Shown piece by piece: positions 14,047 through 14,369 of a DNA stretch of 14,369 nt. The notes under the pieces were generated by a model. That model ran no database searches. It had not been told where the DNA came from and was given only the letters and a program-made list of their open reading frames with translations. Origin of the DNA: Vulcanimicrobiaceae bacterium (GTDB taxonomy: Bacteria > Vulcanimicrobiota > Vulcanimicrobiia > Vulcanimicrobiales > Vulcanimicrobiaceae); assembly GCA_046262595.1 (NCBI GenBank), contig JBHEMM010000026.1, forward strand, positions 550 through 14,918, in the 5' to 3' direction. The position numbers and the translations under genes are program-made. Numbering within the stretch: the first letter of the stretch is position 1; each line of letters begins with the position of its first letter.

Positions 14047-14369
14047 ATGGCAAACACGTTTTACGGCCGCCTGGAAACGATCGCGAAACGCTTCGATGAA
14101 ATCGAAGCGGAGCTCGCGCATCCCAGCGGCGCGTTCGATCAGGCCAAGTACACCGCGCTGCTCAAGGAACGCGCCTCGATCGAAGAGTCGACTGCCGCGT
14201 ACCGCGAGTACGAGAAAACGCTTGAGGCGATCGCTGCCAACGAGGCGCTTTTAGCCGATCGCAGCGATCCCGAACTGCACGATTTGGCCGAAGAAGAAGC
14301 GCAAGCGCTGCGGCGGCGGCGCATCGAGCTCGATCAGCATCCGGTAGTAGCGGCGCACCTCTCGATAAC
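14047..14369 (+). CDS. prfA: Peptide chain release factor 1, N-terminal part (runs off the window; absent from the ORF track)
   Basis: Manual translation gives MANTFYGRLETIAKRFDEIEAELAHPSGAFDQAKYTALLKERASIEESTAAYREYEKTLEAIAANEALLADRSDPELHDLAEEEAQALRRRRIELDQ, matching the RF1 N-domain pattern (RF.E.E..L..P....DQ..Y..L.KE...YREY...DPEL..LAEEE). It lies in the usual position downstream of rpmE. Confidence 0.88.
   Translation, partial: MANTFYGRLETIAKRFDEIEAELAHPSGAFDQAKYTALLKERASIEESTAAYREYEKTLEAIAANEALLADRSDPELHDLAEEEAQALRRRRIELDQHPVVAAHLSI

Noticed and set aside
14026..14049. Antitoxin ORF stop (TGA) in frame with prfA, suggesting readthrough autoregulation
   Set aside because: RF1 reads UAA and UAG, not UGA, and the shared frame has a one-in-three chance of arising after the frameshift.
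13410..14057. 215-aa minus-strand ORF
   Set aside because: Antisense to rpmE and the antitoxin remnant, and it crosses a terminator.

Overview
High-GC bacterial chromosomal window with no rRNA, tRNA, CRISPR array or transposase visible. The style of the Gly/Pro-Thr-linker lipoproteins suggests a soil lineage such as Eremiobacterota, which is inference only. In order, it holds: (1) the 3' end of an S8 subtilase; (2) a six-gene minus-strand operon in which all five junctions are 4-nt (A/G)TGA overlaps: MetY-like O-acylhomoserine sulfhydrylase, YccU-like CoA-binding protein, LuxE-like acyl-protein synthetase, LuxC-like acyl reductase, class-III PLP aminotransferase and Gfo/Idh/MocA oxidoreductase; (3) a divergent leuC/leuD pair of the short HacA/DmdA-like aconitase subfamily; (4) two small secreted hypothetical proteins; (5) a large unknown lipoprotein coupled to an S53 sedolisin-like lipoprotein protease; (6) rpmE, a frameshifted orphan Phd/YefM antitoxin and the 5' part of prfA. 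The most interesting element is the luciferase-free LuxE/LuxC module coupled to an aminotransferase that lacks the usual carboxylate-binding residues, which suggests an uncharacterised carboxylic acid -> aldehyde -> amine pathway.
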